DNA from: Bacteroidales bacterium
Lineage (GTDB): Bacteria; Bacteroidota; Bacteroidia; Bacteroidales; UBA932
Length of the DNA stretch: 64,000 nt
Direction of reading: 5' to 3'
Assembly: GCA_009777095.1 (NCBI GenBank)
Contig: WRMN01000004.1
Coordinates: 77,475 to 141,474, forward strand
Made by a program: the position numbers and the translations under genes. Positions 34,800 through 44,410 of the stretch are shown here, in pieces. The notes under the pieces were generated by a model. The model was given only the letters and a program-made list of their open reading frames with translations. It did no database searches and had not been told where the DNA came from. Every line of letters begins with the position of its first letter. Positions within the stretch are counted from its first letter, which is position 1.

Positions 34800-36743
34800 T
34801 TAGGTGGTTAATCTGCACAGGTCTTTAGCAAAGGTGTTTCTTATAGCCTGTAAAGTACGAAGGCGCTCTACAAGCAGCGACATTTGCTCGCTGTCGTTGC
34901 GTTTCTGCGCTTCGTTCAGTTGTTCGCTCAACGCCACAGAAGCCTGCTTGGTGATATTCGACTTATAAGCTGCAATGGTGTAAGGAACCACGCGGCGCAG
35001 CTTGGTGTCTTCCGGCTCTTCCGATTCAATATACTTTTTGATGGATATCTGGTAGTTGTCCGACAGCACATTTATCGCTACGTCCATAATGCCTTGATCG
35101 GGGTGATTGATGAAGTGCTTAGAGCGGTCTTCGGCCGGTAATTGCAATACCTGCGCATATTCGTCGAAAATTTTTCGATACTGGAGATTTTGCAATTCTA
35201 ATTCATCGTTACGCAGTTCAGCAATAATATATTCGGCCACGCTGAGCTTATTGTTTTCAGCGTCTAAGAACAAAGGTCGGTCGCCGTATTTTAAAATAAA
35301 ATGCAACAATTCTTTTTCCGAAGCCTCGCTGTAAATATTACTAACAAAGGAAGGGAGCGGGGTAGTCGTAAGGGGTTCTCCGCCGTCCTCCGGAGACAAG
35401 GGCGTAGGATAAGCGCGGGGGTCTTTCGTCCCCTCGTATAAGCGTTTTTTGCGCAACTTGGCCACTTCGCCGCTCAACAGCTCTTCTTCCATTTCCATCA
35501 GGCGAGAACATTCCTTCACATACACCGTGCGTGTGATAGTGTCGGGAATCATAGATATGCTCCGCACTACGTCGGAAATGAGATTGGCGCGTTGTATGGG
35601 GTCGTTTTGGGCTTCTTTGGCGAGTAATTTTGTTTTGAAGGAAATAAAATCTTCCTCGGCATCGGCTAAAAAGGCCTCCAATTCGGAAGCGCTGTGTTTG
35701 CGGGCAAAAGAGTCGGGGTCGTCGCCTTCGGGGAAGAGCGCCACCTTCACGTTAAGACCCTCTTCGAGCAGCATGTCTATGCCGCGGAGTGAGGCTTTGA
35801 TGCCTGCGGCATCGCTGTCGTATAGCACCGTTACATTAGGGGCAAACCGCTTAATAAGCCTGATTTGCTCGGTGGTGAGCGAGGTGCCGCTTGAGGCTAC
35901 CACATTTTCCACTCCTGCCTGATGCATGGAAATTACATCGGTATAACCTTCCACCAAATAACATTTTTGACTGCGCACTATAGCTTGTTTGGCAAAGTAA
36001 ATGCCATAAAGCACATTACTCTTGATGTAAATTTCGCTCTCAGGCGAGTTGAGGTATTTGGCAATGTTTTTATCCTGTTTCAAGGTGCGCGCGCCGAAGG
36101 CAATCACCCTTCCGCTGATGGAGTGGATAGGAAAGAGCACACGTCCATAAAAGCGGTCGAACAAATCTTCCTCACGCTCTATAGACAATCCGACTCCGAC
36201 AAGGTATTCTTTCTTGTAGCCGTCCTTGATAGCGGTATTGCTGAAAGCGCTGCGCGAATCCAAACAGTAGCCTAACTGAAATTTTTTAATAGTTTTATCG
36301 CTGAATCCGCGTTCGCGGAAATAACTCAGCGCTATATTTTTTCCGTCGGGGTGCTCCCACAGCGTTTTGCTGAAATAATCCTGTGCGTAAGCCGACACAA
36401 TCATCAGGCTTTCGCGCTTAGTACCTGCCTGTATCTCCTCGGCGGTGAGTTCCTTCTCTTTAATTTCAATTCCATACTTCTTCCCCAAATATTTCAAGGC
36501 TTCCACATAAGTCAAATGCTCATGCTCCATGACAAAACTCACCGCATTGCCTGCCTTTCCGCAACCAAAGCATTTATAAATGCCCTTGGCCGCAGATACG
36601 CTGAATGAGGGCGTTTTTTCGTTATGAAAAGGACAGCAGGCCAAATAATTCACCCCTCGTTTTTTGAGGCTGACAAAATCGCCAATCACCTCCGTAATAT
36701 CGGAGGCATCAATAATCTTGTCTATGGTTGCGCGGTCTATCAT
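34800..36743 (-). CDS. dnaG: DNA primase
   Basis: Zinc-binding CCPFHNEKTPSFSVS..YKCFGCG, a TOPRIM segment (LVEGYTDVIS, YDSDAAG). 647 aa. Confidence 0.95.
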   Translation of the reverse strand: MIDRATIDKIIDASDITEVIGDFVSLKKRGVNYLACCPFHNEKTPSFSVSAAKGIYKCFGCGKAGNAVSFVMEHEHLTYVEALKYLGKKYGIEIKEKELTAEEIQAGTKRESLMIVSAYAQDYFSKTLWEHPDGKNIALSYFRERGFSDKTIKKFQLGYCLDSRSAFSNTAIKDGYKKEYLVGVGLSIEREEDLFDRFYGRVLFPIHSISGRVIAFGARTLKQDKNIAKYLNSPESEIYIKSNVLYGIYFAKQAIVRSQKCYLVEGYTDVISMHQAGVENVVASSGTSLTTEQIRLIKRFAPNVTVLYDSDAAGIKASLRGIDMLLEEGLNVKVALFPEGDDPDSFARKHSASELEAFLADAEEDFISFKTKLLAKEAQNDPIQRANLISDVVRSISMIPDTITRTVYVKECSRLMEMEEELLSGEVAKLRKKRLYEGTKDPRAYPTPLSPEDGGEPLTTTPLPSFVSNIYSEASEKELLHFILKYGDRPLFLDAENNKLSVAEYIIAELRNDELELQNLQYRKIFDEYAQVLQLPAEDRSKHFINHPDQGIMDVAINVLSDNYQISIKKYIESEEPEDTKLRRVVPYTIAAYKSNITKQASVALSEQLNEAQKRNDSEQMSLLVERLRTLQAIRNTFAKDLCRLTT

Positions 36744-36757
36744 AATAAGGTAAAGGG

Positions 36758-37657
36758 TTATTTTAATTTATCATACACACCTTCCTCATGCAACTGCCGT
36801 AATCTTTCAACAACGGCGGGGCGGTCTTCTTGATAAGTAATCCCGAACCATTGCGAGGTGGTGGGCAATACTTTTACCGTAGCTGTATGCGATTGAATCA
36901 ACTTATTTACGGCAAAGGGGATATAAAATTCCGACTTTAACTCTTGCCCCTTTTCTTGCAAAAAGGCCTTGAAAAGCGCCTCGGAATGTTTGAAATAGTC
37001 GGGTGTAAATCCCCAGATATTCATCGAAACAGGAGTGTCTCCTGCAATCTCAATCATTTGTTCGTTTTCATCTTTGTACTTGATAGTCTCGTTCTCGCGG
37101 ACGATATAAGTGCGTTCTACTACCGAGGTCAGATAATCGTTGTTGTCTTTAGCGCATATACCGCGCGATACGGCGCCGCGCTCCGATAAAGTATTTTCCA
37201 GACGAAAGCCTACCATGCAGTATTGATGTTGACTGTTTTCCAAGGATTTCAAGTACTCGGCCATTACGCGGAAGCTGTCAATTCCGTAGTAGTCATCGGC
37301 ATTGATAACGGCAAAGGGTTCGTGAATCATCGGCGCGGCCATCATCACGGCGTGGTTGGTTCCCCAAGGTTTTGTACGGCCTTCGGGACAGGAAAAGCCT
37401 TCGGGGAGCATGTCAATTTCCTGAAAAACAAGCTCTACCGAAATCTTATTATTGAAGCGGGGCAGGATATATTCCCTGAAATCCTGTTCCATCGAACGCC
37501 GTATCACAAATACCAACTTGCCGAAATCGGCGCGCAGGGCGTCGAATACCGAATAATCCATAATTACCTCACCGTTAGGGCCTAGCCCGTCGAGTTGTTT
37601 TAATCCGCCGTAACGACTGCCCATTCCGGCAGCCATAATCAAGAGAGTAGGTCGCAT
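36758..37657 (-). CDS. sugar-phosphate nucleotidyltransferase family protein
   Basis: Likely start MRPTLLIMAAGMGSRYGGLKQL (GxGxR nucleotidyltransferase motif) at 37657. The ORF-track extension to 37756 would overlap recA and its promoter. Confidence 0.75.
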   Translation of the reverse strand: MRPTLLIMAAGMGSRYGGLKQLDGLGPNGEVIMDYSVFDALRADFGKLVFVIRRSMEQDFREYILPRFNNKISVELVFQEIDMLPEGFSCPEGRTKPWGTNHAVMMAAPMIHEPFAVINADDYYGIDSFRVMAEYLKSLENSQHQYCMVGFRLENTLSERGAVSRGICAKDNNDYLTSVVERTYIVRENETIKYKDENEQMIEIAGDTPVSMNIWGFTPDYFKHSEALFKAFLQEKGQELKSEFYIPFAVNKLIQSHTATVKVLPTTSQWFGITYQEDRPAVVERLRQLHEEGVYDKLK

Positions 37658-37674
37658 AATTCCACAAATTTCTG

Positions 37675-37682
37675 CAAAATTA
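37675..37682 (-). promoter_or_regulatory. -7 box TAATTTTG for the nucleotidyltransferase gene
   Basis: Reverse-strand exact match 17 nt upstream of the ATG at 37657. Confidence 0.5.
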
Positions 37683-37704
37683 GCAAAAAATCCAAAAAAT
37701 GTAC

Positions 37705-37712
37705 TAACTTTG
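37705..37712 (+). promoter_or_regulatory. -7 box TAACTTTG for recA
   Basis: Exact TAnnTTTG, 37 nt before the ATG at 37750. Confidence 0.55.
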
Positions 37713-37749
37713 TAGGATAAATTGTTTAACCATTTAACACTCAACCACC

Positions 37750-38796
37750 ATGGCAAAAAAAGAAGAAAAAGAAAACCAAGAACAAAGGAAAGGCGCTCAG
37801 ATTAGCGCCGAAAAGCTAAAAGCCTTACAAGCCACTTTAGATAAGATCGACAAGGATTTTGGGAAGGGCACAGTGATGAAATTAGGCGACAAGCCTGCAT
37901 GGGAAGTTTCAGTAATCCCTTCAGGTTCAGTATCTCTCGATCATGCCTTAGGCATCGGCGGGTATCCGCGAGGCAGGGTAGTAGAAATTTATGGCCCCGA
38001 GTCGAGCGGTAAAACCACGCTGGCCGTTCATGCCATTGCCGAGGCGCAAAAAACAGGTGGAATCGCCGCTATTATTGATGCCGAGCACGCTTTCGATCCC
38101 ACTTATGCGAAAAAATTAGGCGTAAATGTCGATACGCTGCTCATTTCACAGCCCGACAACGGGGAGCAGGCGCTCGAAATTGCCGACCACCTCATTCGCT
38201 CCGGCGCGGTCGATGTAATCGTAATAGACTCTGTAGCTGCCTTAACTCCCAAAGCCGAAATCGAAGGCGAGATGGGCGATTCAAAGATGGGCTTGCATGC
38301 CCGCCTGATGAGCCAGGCCCTGCGTAAACTTACGGCCAATATTAGCCGTACCAACACTTGTTGTATTTTTATCAACCAGTTGCGCGAAAAAATCGGCATG
38401 ATGTTCGGTAACCCCGAAACCACCACCGGTGGTAATGCTTTGAAGTTTTATGCCTCGGTGCGTTTAGATGTGCGTAAAGTAACACAGTTGAAAGATGGAG
38501 ATGAAGCGACTGGTAACCGGACGCGCGTAAAAGTGGTAAAAAACAAGATGGCGCCTCCCTTTAAAAAGGCGGAATTTGATATTGTCTTTGGCGAGGGTAT
38601 CTCAAAAATTGGGGAAATTATTGACCTTGGCGTCGATTTCGAAATCATTAAGAAAAGCGGCTCATGGTTCAGTTACGGCGAGACCAAAATCGGTCAGGGT
38701 CGCGATGCCGTAAAACAACTGCTACTCGATAATCCTGAATTGACCGAAGAAATAGAAAACAAGTTGCGGGAAAAACTGAAAGAGGCGAAAGACTAA
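37750..38796 (+). CDS. recA: recombinase A
   Basis: [11 protein letters not shown] Walker [29 protein letters not shown]. 348 aa. Confidence 0.97.
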   Translation: MAKKEEKENQEQRKGAQISAEKLKALQATLDKIDKDFGKGTVMKLGDKPAWEVSVIPSGSVSLDHALGIGGYPRGRVVEIYGPESSGKTTLAVHAIAEAQKTGGIAAIIDAEHAFDPTYAKKLGVNVDTLLISQPDNGEQALEIADHLIRSGAVDVIVIDSVAALTPKAEIEGEMGDSKMGLHARLMSQALRKLTANISRTNTCCIFINQLREKIGMMFGNPETTTGGNALKFYASVRLDVRKVTQLKDGDEATGNRTRVKVVKNKMAPPFKKAEFDIVFGEGISKIGEIIDLGVDFEIIKKSGSWFSYGETKIGQGRDAVKQLLLDNPELTEEIENKLREKLKEAKD

Positions 38797-38898
38797 GCAG
38801 GAGAGGTTTAAGGTTTTTTTTCAATATTTTGCGGCAGTTGTAGTAATGCCGGAGCAATACATTCAGTAAAACCTGCAGAGCTTTACATCAAAAACACC

Positions 38899-38906
38899 TA
38901 AATTTG
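38899..38906 (+). promoter_or_regulatory. -7 box TAAATTTG for the PHP phosphoesterase gene
   Basis: Exact TAnnTTTG, 32 nt before the ATG at 38939. Confidence 0.5.
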
Positions 38907-38938
38907 TTTGCTATAAAATTAATCAAAAATTTAAAAAG

Positions 38939-40078
38939 ATGAGAGCACTGAATCTTAGGATTATATCCTTATTTCTTACCGTTTTTTTTGCGCTTCCTCT
39001 ATTTTCACAGCGCAAGAGTATCAACATTCCCAATTTGAAAGATTATGTAACATTGAAATGCGATTTTCATATACACACGGTCTTTTCTGACGGTACTGTT
39101 TGGCCCACAGTACGTGTAGACGAGGCTCGGCGCGATGGTCTTGACGCCATTGCCATCACCGACCACATTGAAATCCGCCCACGTCTGCGGCAGTTGCAAA
39201 CTGTAACAGATATTACCTTAACCGGCATAACGCATAATGTTTCATACGAATTAGCCAAGACTCAGGCCGAAAAAGAAGGCATTATTCTCATCAGGGGATC
39301 CGAAATTAGTCACGCTATGCCTCCCGGTCATAGCAACGCTATTTTCCTCAGCGATGCTGACAAGTTAGACGTTCCCGATTATATGGATGCTTTCCGCGCT
39401 GCTAAGGCTCAGAATGCATTCATCTTTTGGAATCATCCCGGCGCTTTAGGAGGAAGCTACGGACAGCCTGACACTACCTTGTGGTGGCAAGAACACACTA
39501 CATTGTTGGAACAGGGTATGATGCACGGCATCGAAGTCGTTAATGGAGGCAGGTATTTTATCGAAGCGCACCGTTGGTGCTTGGAAAAGAACCTGACTAT
39601 GATAGGCGCCACGGATAGTCACCAGCCCATTCCCTCTTTCGCTGAAGGAAAACACAGGGCTATGACCCTTGTGTTTGCCCGCGAAAAAACCTCCGAAGCA
39701 ATCCATGAAGCGTTAATTGAAAGACGCACGGCGGTTTATCTCGACGATTTTGTCATCGGCGAAGAAAAATATCTGAAAGAGCTTTTCGAGAATGCAGTAG
39801 ATATAAAGGTAAAGATGAATAATAGCAGTGATACGGCTCACATTACGTTCAACAACAATTCTGATTTGATTTTTCACTTGAGAAAAGACAACCACGACCC
39901 GCGATTGACCTATTTTCGCAATATTAACATTATTCCTTACATCATTAACCCGAATGAACAACAGACTATTACGGTGAGATTGAACGAAGGAATTAAAGGT
40001 GGAGACGTCAATTTCATTATCGAAAACTTTTTAACAACACCCGACAAGGGGATGAGGTATACGGTGAAAGTACAATGA
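38939..40078 (+). CDS. secreted PHP-domain phosphoesterase (Sb-PDE-like)
   Basis: Signal peptide, then CDFHIHTVFSDGTVWP and DAIAITDH histidinol-phosphatase/PHP metal motifs. 379 aa. Confidence 0.7.
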   Translation: MRALNLRIISLFLTVFFALPLFSQRKSINIPNLKDYVTLKCDFHIHTVFSDGTVWPTVRVDEARRDGLDAIAITDHIEIRPRLRQLQTVTDITLTGITHNVSYELAKTQAEKEGIILIRGSEISHAMPPGHSNAIFLSDADKLDVPDYMDAFRAAKAQNAFIFWNHPGALGGSYGQPDTTLWWQEHTTLLEQGMMHGIEVVNGGRYFIEAHRWCLEKNLTMIGATDSHQPIPSFAEGKHRAMTLVFAREKTSEAIHEALIERRTAVYLDDFVIGEEKYLKELFENAVDIKVKMNNSSDTAHITFNNNSDLIFHLRKDNHDPRLTYFRNINIIPYIINPNEQQTITVRLNEGIKGGDVNFIIENFLTTPDKGMRYTVKVQ

Positions 40079-40206
40079 GGAACAACAACGCTCCACTCCC
40101 GAACAGGGGGCTTTTCTTATTAGGGATATGCAGTAAATAGGGATATCCCTTTGTTGATGGCACAGTAATTCAATGATTAATGTTCCGAATGTTTGTGTAT
40201 AGATGC

Positions 40207-41868
40207 CTAAAAAGAAGCAATAACAGTCAGGTTTAAGCCTGTAGCTTCGGATACCATGCGACATACTCCTCCTGCGCATAACGTGCCGGCCCGTTGTTTC
40301 CCATAACTTGCCGCAACTCTTATTGCGCCCGTAACAAAACTAATGCCCGTATTATAGTAATGCTTGCGTTCTTCTTTATCATCATTACCATAATTATAAT
40401 CATCGCTTACAAAAAGCGACCAATTATAATTCAACGCAAAGTCTAAGCCGCCGCCTATCCAATTCTTTTTATCTGCATCAGCCCAAAGATGCTGCGCATT
40501 CACCTTAACAGATTGCGCTTTACCAAATTTATAAGTTAGCTCTCCTGTTATCATATTTGCATTAATTATGCCTGTTGTTTCCTCAATATATTTTTTATTA
40601 TAGTATTGATTCAAGAACATAAATACAAGCGATAAATCTTTTGTACATCGTTTACGAACTTCTATTCCCACATCATGATAATACTTTTCATTTACAGAGA
40701 ATAGATCAGATGCGTATGACCTTGTAGTAAAATCCGTTCTGGCGCTTAATCCACCCCAATAAGAAGCGTTCAGAGCCACATTGGTTCCATATTCTCCACC
40801 CAACAAAGATCCCTTCTTAAATTCGTAAAACACATCTATTTGTCCACCTATCTCTCCTACTTTCTCTATTGGCATGAATCGGAGGTAAGGTTGTGCCTGA
40901 TAAATATAAATATTTTGTAATGAATAGGTATATTGCTTTGTTAAGGCAGGAAGGTAATTCAAAACCCCTGTGTTATATTGATTTTCTGCCAAATTTCGTT
41001 GTGAAAAGAATCCCATATTTTCCATTCTTCGCAAATTCACATCTATTCCAAAGCCTTTTCTTGCATAGCCCATGTTAATCAACAGTGCATTACCCATATT
41101 CAAGGCATTAGAATTAATTTGCCCTCCCATTTCAACCAAAGGATCTTTACCTTTGAAAACAAACTCGCCTCCTACATAAAATCCGCTTTTAGCAATATGA
41201 ATACGCATCGAATAAGCATTCAACATAGTTGGCAATTCCGGATACAACTCTCCCTGATCTTCATAACGTCCTACATAACTGAGTCCCACATTTGCATCAA
41301 ATTTCGATACATTTAAAATGTCAGTAATAGAAGTTTCCAGATTGATAGCAACAATCGCTCCATCGGCAAAATCGAATCCCATACCAATGCGTTGTTTTCC
41401 ACCTAAAACGGTTAGTTTAAATCCATTAATCGGAGTATAGGAAATTCGTCCGCCAAAAATGGCGTTATTAATGCCTAATTGCCTGTCTTCCCATGAACGA
41501 AAAATAAGCCCGCTTCCTAACTGCTCATAGATATGACCTGCTGTTACATCTATTCCTACATTAATATTGTTATATCGCGCATATAAGGCACCAACATTTA
41601 CTCCTTGAAGGTCAGGAGAGTAATTTAAAAGCGCTTTGGGTAGATATGATTCGAATTGAACGCCAAAATCCCATTCTTTTACAGTGTAGTCCAGTTTTAA
41701 ATATGCATTGGAACGGAGTTTTGCAGTGTCGTCATTAGTCAGGAACATATCATTATTCGTATCATTAGTAAGCCATTGTCCGTTACCTTCAAAACTGACT
41801 TTAAATTGAGCGTTTGCCGCAAACGGCAATAAACTTCCTATTACTAATATAATTAATAGTTTCTTCAC
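40207..41868 (-). CDS. outer-membrane beta-barrel protein (DUF6029-like)
   Basis: Signal peptide MKKLLIILVIGSLLPFAANAQ, 553 aa rich in alternating aromatic/Gly strands, terminal Phe. Downstream of the TlpA gene on the same strand. Confidence 0.55.
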   Translation of the reverse strand: MKKLLIILVIGSLLPFAANAQFKVSFEGNGQWLTNDTNNDMFLTNDDTAKLRSNAYLKLDYTVKEWDFGVQFESYLPKALLNYSPDLQGVNVGALYARYNNINVGIDVTAGHIYEQLGSGLIFRSWEDRQLGINNAIFGGRISYTPINGFKLTVLGGKQRIGMGFDFADGAIVAINLETSITDILNVSKFDANVGLSYVGRYEDQGELYPELPTMLNAYSMRIHIAKSGFYVGGEFVFKGKDPLVEMGGQINSNALNMGNALLINMGYARKGFGIDVNLRRMENMGFFSQRNLAENQYNTGVLNYLPALTKQYTYSLQNIYIYQAQPYLRFMPIEKVGEIGGQIDVFYEFKKGSLLGGEYGTNVALNASYWGGLSARTDFTTRSYASDLFSVNEKYYHDVGIEVRKRCTKDLSLVFMFLNQYYNKKYIEETTGIINANMITGELTYKFGKAQSVKVNAQHLWADADKKNWIGGGLDFALNYNWSLFVSDDYNYGNDDKEERKHYYNTGISFVTGAIRVAASYGKQRAGTLCAGGVCRMVSEATGLNLTVIASF

Positions 41869-41884
41869 AGTATCAAATGTTAAT

Positions 41885-42376
41885 TTATTTGGTTAACGCT
41901 TCCTTAATTTTTTCATACAGTTTATTTTCAGCACCGGGCGTATAGTTAGTCTGTTGGCACACAACCTTACCCTTATATACTACAAATGTATGGGGCGGGT
42001 TCGCCACATTCATTTTACGTTTGAGATCCTGATTTTCATCCAATAAAATAACAAAATCCCAGCCTTTCCCATTCACTAAAGGTTTAACTCGTTTGGCAGT
42101 ACGGGCGTCATCAATGGAAACAGCGATAATTTCCACTCCTGTTTCCGCTTTCCAGTCGGGGTAAACTTCCTTTAATGCGTCCAATTCCTGTACGCAAGGG
42201 CTGCACCAAGTCGCCCAAAAACTCAACACCACCGGATTTTCCGCACTGTTTAGCCGATTAAGATTATAACTCTTTCCGTTAACGTCTTTTAACATAATTG
42301 CAGGAATAGCTGTATTTTGCACAGAAAATTCAAAACTGCTCATCATAAAAAGCAATGCTAATATTGCTGTTTTCAT
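41885..42376 (-). CDS. TlpA-family thiol-disulfide oxidoreductase
   Basis: Signal peptide plus the FWATWCSPCVQE thioredoxin CxxC motif. 163 aa. Confidence 0.85.
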   Translation of the reverse strand: MKTAILALLFMMSSFEFSVQNTAIPAIMLKDVNGKSYNLNRLNSAENPVVLSFWATWCSPCVQELDALKEVYPDWKAETGVEIIAVSIDDARTAKRVKPLVNGKGWDFVILLDENQDLKRKMNVANPPHTFVVYKGKVVCQQTNYTPGAENKLYEKIKEALTK

Positions 42377-42405
42377 ATCGTCTCTAATTTATTTATTTCA
42401 TAGAA

Positions 42406-42413
42406 CAAATGTA
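42406..42413 (-). promoter_or_regulatory. -7 box TACATTTG for the TlpA / beta-barrel operon
   Basis: Reverse-strand exact match 29 nt upstream of the ATG at 42376. Confidence 0.5.
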
Positions 42414-42444
42414 CAAAAAATATTTTCATGTGAAAAATATATCT

Positions 42445-42452
42445 TATCTTTG
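42445..42452 (+). promoter_or_regulatory. -7 box TATCTTTG for the Omp28-related gene
   Basis: Exact TAnnTTTG, 26 nt before the ATG at 42479. Divergent from the TlpA promoter. Confidence 0.5.
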
Positions 42453-42478
42453 TAAAAATATTAAAACCATCTATCAAC

Positions 42479-43540
42479 ATGAAACGCTTTCTCTTTTCAC
42501 AATTTAGCATCGTATTACTTCTTTATTCTTTTTTCTTTTCATCATGTAATGAGATAAATGAAGTTACGCCGTTAAACAGTTTAACTGTTACTGTTAATAA
42601 AGCTGCCATTTATGAAAATTCCGGTGAATCATTTGTATTCCAAGCAACCGGCGATGATAATGTAGATTATACCTCAGTCGCAGAATTTTATGTAAATAAT
42701 AATCTTATACAGGGGTGTACATATACCGCTACTTTACAAGGAACCTATAGCGTATATGCAAAAAAAGATGATTTGACAAGCAATACGGTAATTATTGAAG
42801 TTTTGCCAAGCCCAACCCTTTATGCCCATAAAGTACTCATTGAGGACTTCACCGGAGCATGGTGCGGCTGGTGCCCAAGAGTAACGTACAGTATTGAACA
42901 GGTGCATAGCCGAACTGACAAGGTATTGGTAGCTGCTATTCACAGGGGAAATCCAAGCGGCCCCTATTACGACCCATGGAACTTGTCGGAAGGAGTAGCA
43001 TTGGAAACCGCATTAAACTTACAGGGATATCCGACCGCTTTCTTAAATCGTGTAACCGAATGGACATACCCCGAAAATGCAAATATAAACCAACCAATAA
43101 ATATGCTCAAACAAACCTCTACATACGGAATTGCTATTTCATCGACATTAGGCGCCGGTAGCGGTACTATTACAGTGTCGTTTTCGTTTAAAGAAAGTCT
43201 TCCGAATGCAAGATGTGTGGTATATGTGCTTGAAGACGATTTAAGATGCGATCAGGTAAATTATACTTCATTTTTTGGCGGCGCTTCTGTTCTTGTTAAT
43301 TTCAGGCACATGGACGTAGTACGAAAAGTAGTAAGTTCAAGCATACTGGGGCAAAACATACCCTCCGATCAATCGGTAGCGGACAACGTCTATACCATGT
43401 CTTTTACAGCTTCCTCTTACACATCTTCCAATATAGACAAACTAAAAGTAATGGTCATATTGTTGAACTCCAACGGGAGGGTTGAGAATGTGCAAGTAGC
43501 ACCGGCTAACTGCTTTCAAGACTATGAATTGGCAGATTAA
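42479..43540 (+). CDS. Omp28-related outer-membrane lipoprotein with a thioredoxin-like CxxC
   Basis: Lipobox FFFSSCNE. IEDFTGAWCGWCPRV motif characteristic of Omp28-related proteins. 353 aa. Confidence 0.65.
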   Translation: MKRFLFSQFSIVLLLYSFFFSSCNEINEVTPLNSLTVTVNKAAIYENSGESFVFQATGDDNVDYTSVAEFYVNNNLIQGCTYTATLQGTYSVYAKKDDLTSNTVIIEVLPSPTLYAHKVLIEDFTGAWCGWCPRVTYSIEQVHSRTDKVLVAAIHRGNPSGPYYDPWNLSEGVALETALNLQGYPTAFLNRVTEWTYPENANINQPINMLKQTSTYGIAISSTLGAGSGTITVSFSFKESLPNARCVVYVLEDDLRCDQVNYTSFFGGASVLVNFRHMDVVRKVVSSSILGQNIPSDQSVADNVYTMSFTASSYTSSNIDKLKVMVILLNSNGRVENVQVAPANCFQDYELAD

Positions 43541-43611
43541 ACGCAACAGCACATCATCAAACTCATCGGGATTATACAACTTTAGTTTTAGTTTTTCAAT
43601 TTGCTTATTTG

Positions 43612-43630
43612 TTGATTTGGTTATTTGATA
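43612..43630 (+). repeat. 19-nt exact repeat TTGATTTGGTTATTTGATA, copy 1
   Basis: Identical to 48611-48629. A shorter related copy, TTGGTTATTTGAT, starts at 44370. Confidence 0.85.
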
Positions 43631-43664
43631 AAAATTGAAGAAGATTGATTCTCAAATAATTTAA

Positions 43665-43692
43665 TCACTAACAACTAACCACTAATCATTAA
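43665..43692 (-). repeat. 4 x 7-bp tandem repeat (reverse strand TTAATGA/TTAGTGG/TTAGTTG/TTAGTGA)
   Basis: Read directly. It lies immediately after the stop of the LolA-like gene on its coding strand. Confidence 0.8.
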
Positions 43693-43695
43693 ACC

Positions 43696-44334
43696 CTACC
43701 TCAAATCCACCACCTCTGCCGTGGGGTATTTGTGTTTGGGGAATGAAAAAGCGCTGTTCTTGGCTGCGAGTTTGTCGTCGAAGGCAGAGACATTGACGGT
43801 GTAGCGCTGCCCGTCTTTCAAGTTGTAGCGTATGGCTACAGGATAATACGTGGCAGCGTCAACCGTTAAACCTATTGATATGTAAGCGGCATTCTTGTCT
43901 TTTGGAAACATATCAAGTTGCAAGACCGATTTTCCTTTTTCCACCTTACGCTGTACAGTTGGCTTATATTTAAAATCATCGACATGCTGCTGAATGTAGA
44001 GCAAGGGATTGTCGGTAATATCATAAGCTTCGGAAGCAGGAAAGAGCATCACTTCATCAACATCAACATTATATACCCACTTGGTAGTCCCATCGCAATA
44101 GACTTCTACCTTGGCGGTAAGCACGCGAAATTGCTTGCTGTTGCACAAGGCCGTTCCCTCATAGCTTTCCTTTATTTGTTGCGCCAAATTCTCATACTCA
44201 AAGGAGAAAGTGAACTGCACCGGTTGTGCCGACATCTTCTGTACAAAGGTCTGTAGGAAAGTTTTACTATCCTGCGCATGCAGGCACAGAGGCAGGAGCA
44301 GCAAGAGTAACAGATATGTTGTTTTTCTGCGCAT
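43696..44334 (-). CDS. LolA-like outer-membrane lipoprotein carrier protein
   Basis: Signal peptide MRRKTTYLLLLLLLPLCLHAQ, ~210 aa. The N-terminal FLQTFVQKMS..FTFSFEY pattern is typical of LolA-fold proteins. Confidence 0.55.
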   Translation of the reverse strand: MRRKTTYLLLLLLLPLCLHAQDSKTFLQTFVQKMSAQPVQFTFSFEYENLAQQIKESYEGTALCNSKQFRVLTAKVEVYCDGTTKWVYNVDVDEVMLFPASEAYDITDNPLLYIQQHVDDFKYKPTVQRKVEKGKSVLQLDMFPKDKNAAYISIGLTVDAATYYPVAIRYNLKDGQRYTVNVSAFDDKLAAKNSAFSFPKHKYPTAEVVDLR

Positions 44335-44341
44335 AAAAGGG

Positions 44342-44369
44342 TTATGAGTTATGGGTTATGAATTATGAG
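44342..44369 (+). repeat. 4 x 7-bp tandem repeat TTATGAG/TTATGGG/TTATGAA/TTATGAG followed by TTGG
   Basis: Read directly. It lies in the buk / LolA-like intergenic region. Confidence 0.85.
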
Positions 44370-44410
44370 TTGGTTATTTGATGAAGATTGAATATTAATA
44401 CCCTTTTGAT

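Noticed and set aside
35449-35922. 157-aa forward-strand ORF inside dnaG, plus 35922..36275 and 36351..36608.
   Set aside because: Antisense to dnaG, with a low-complexity Ser-rich translation and no start context.
40121-40150. TAGGGATAT direct repeat and the 12-bp palindrome AGGGATATCCCT between convergent genes, considered as a terminator.
   Set aside because: The palindrome has no loop and no T-tract, so a terminator cannot be supported. It may be a protein-binding site, but there is no further evidence.
19052-44369. Short tandem and dispersed repeats considered as CRISPR arrays.
   Set aside because: The units are 7 bp and directly tandem, with no spacers. The dispersed 25-nt and 96-nt repeats are kilobases apart. 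There are no cas genes in the window.
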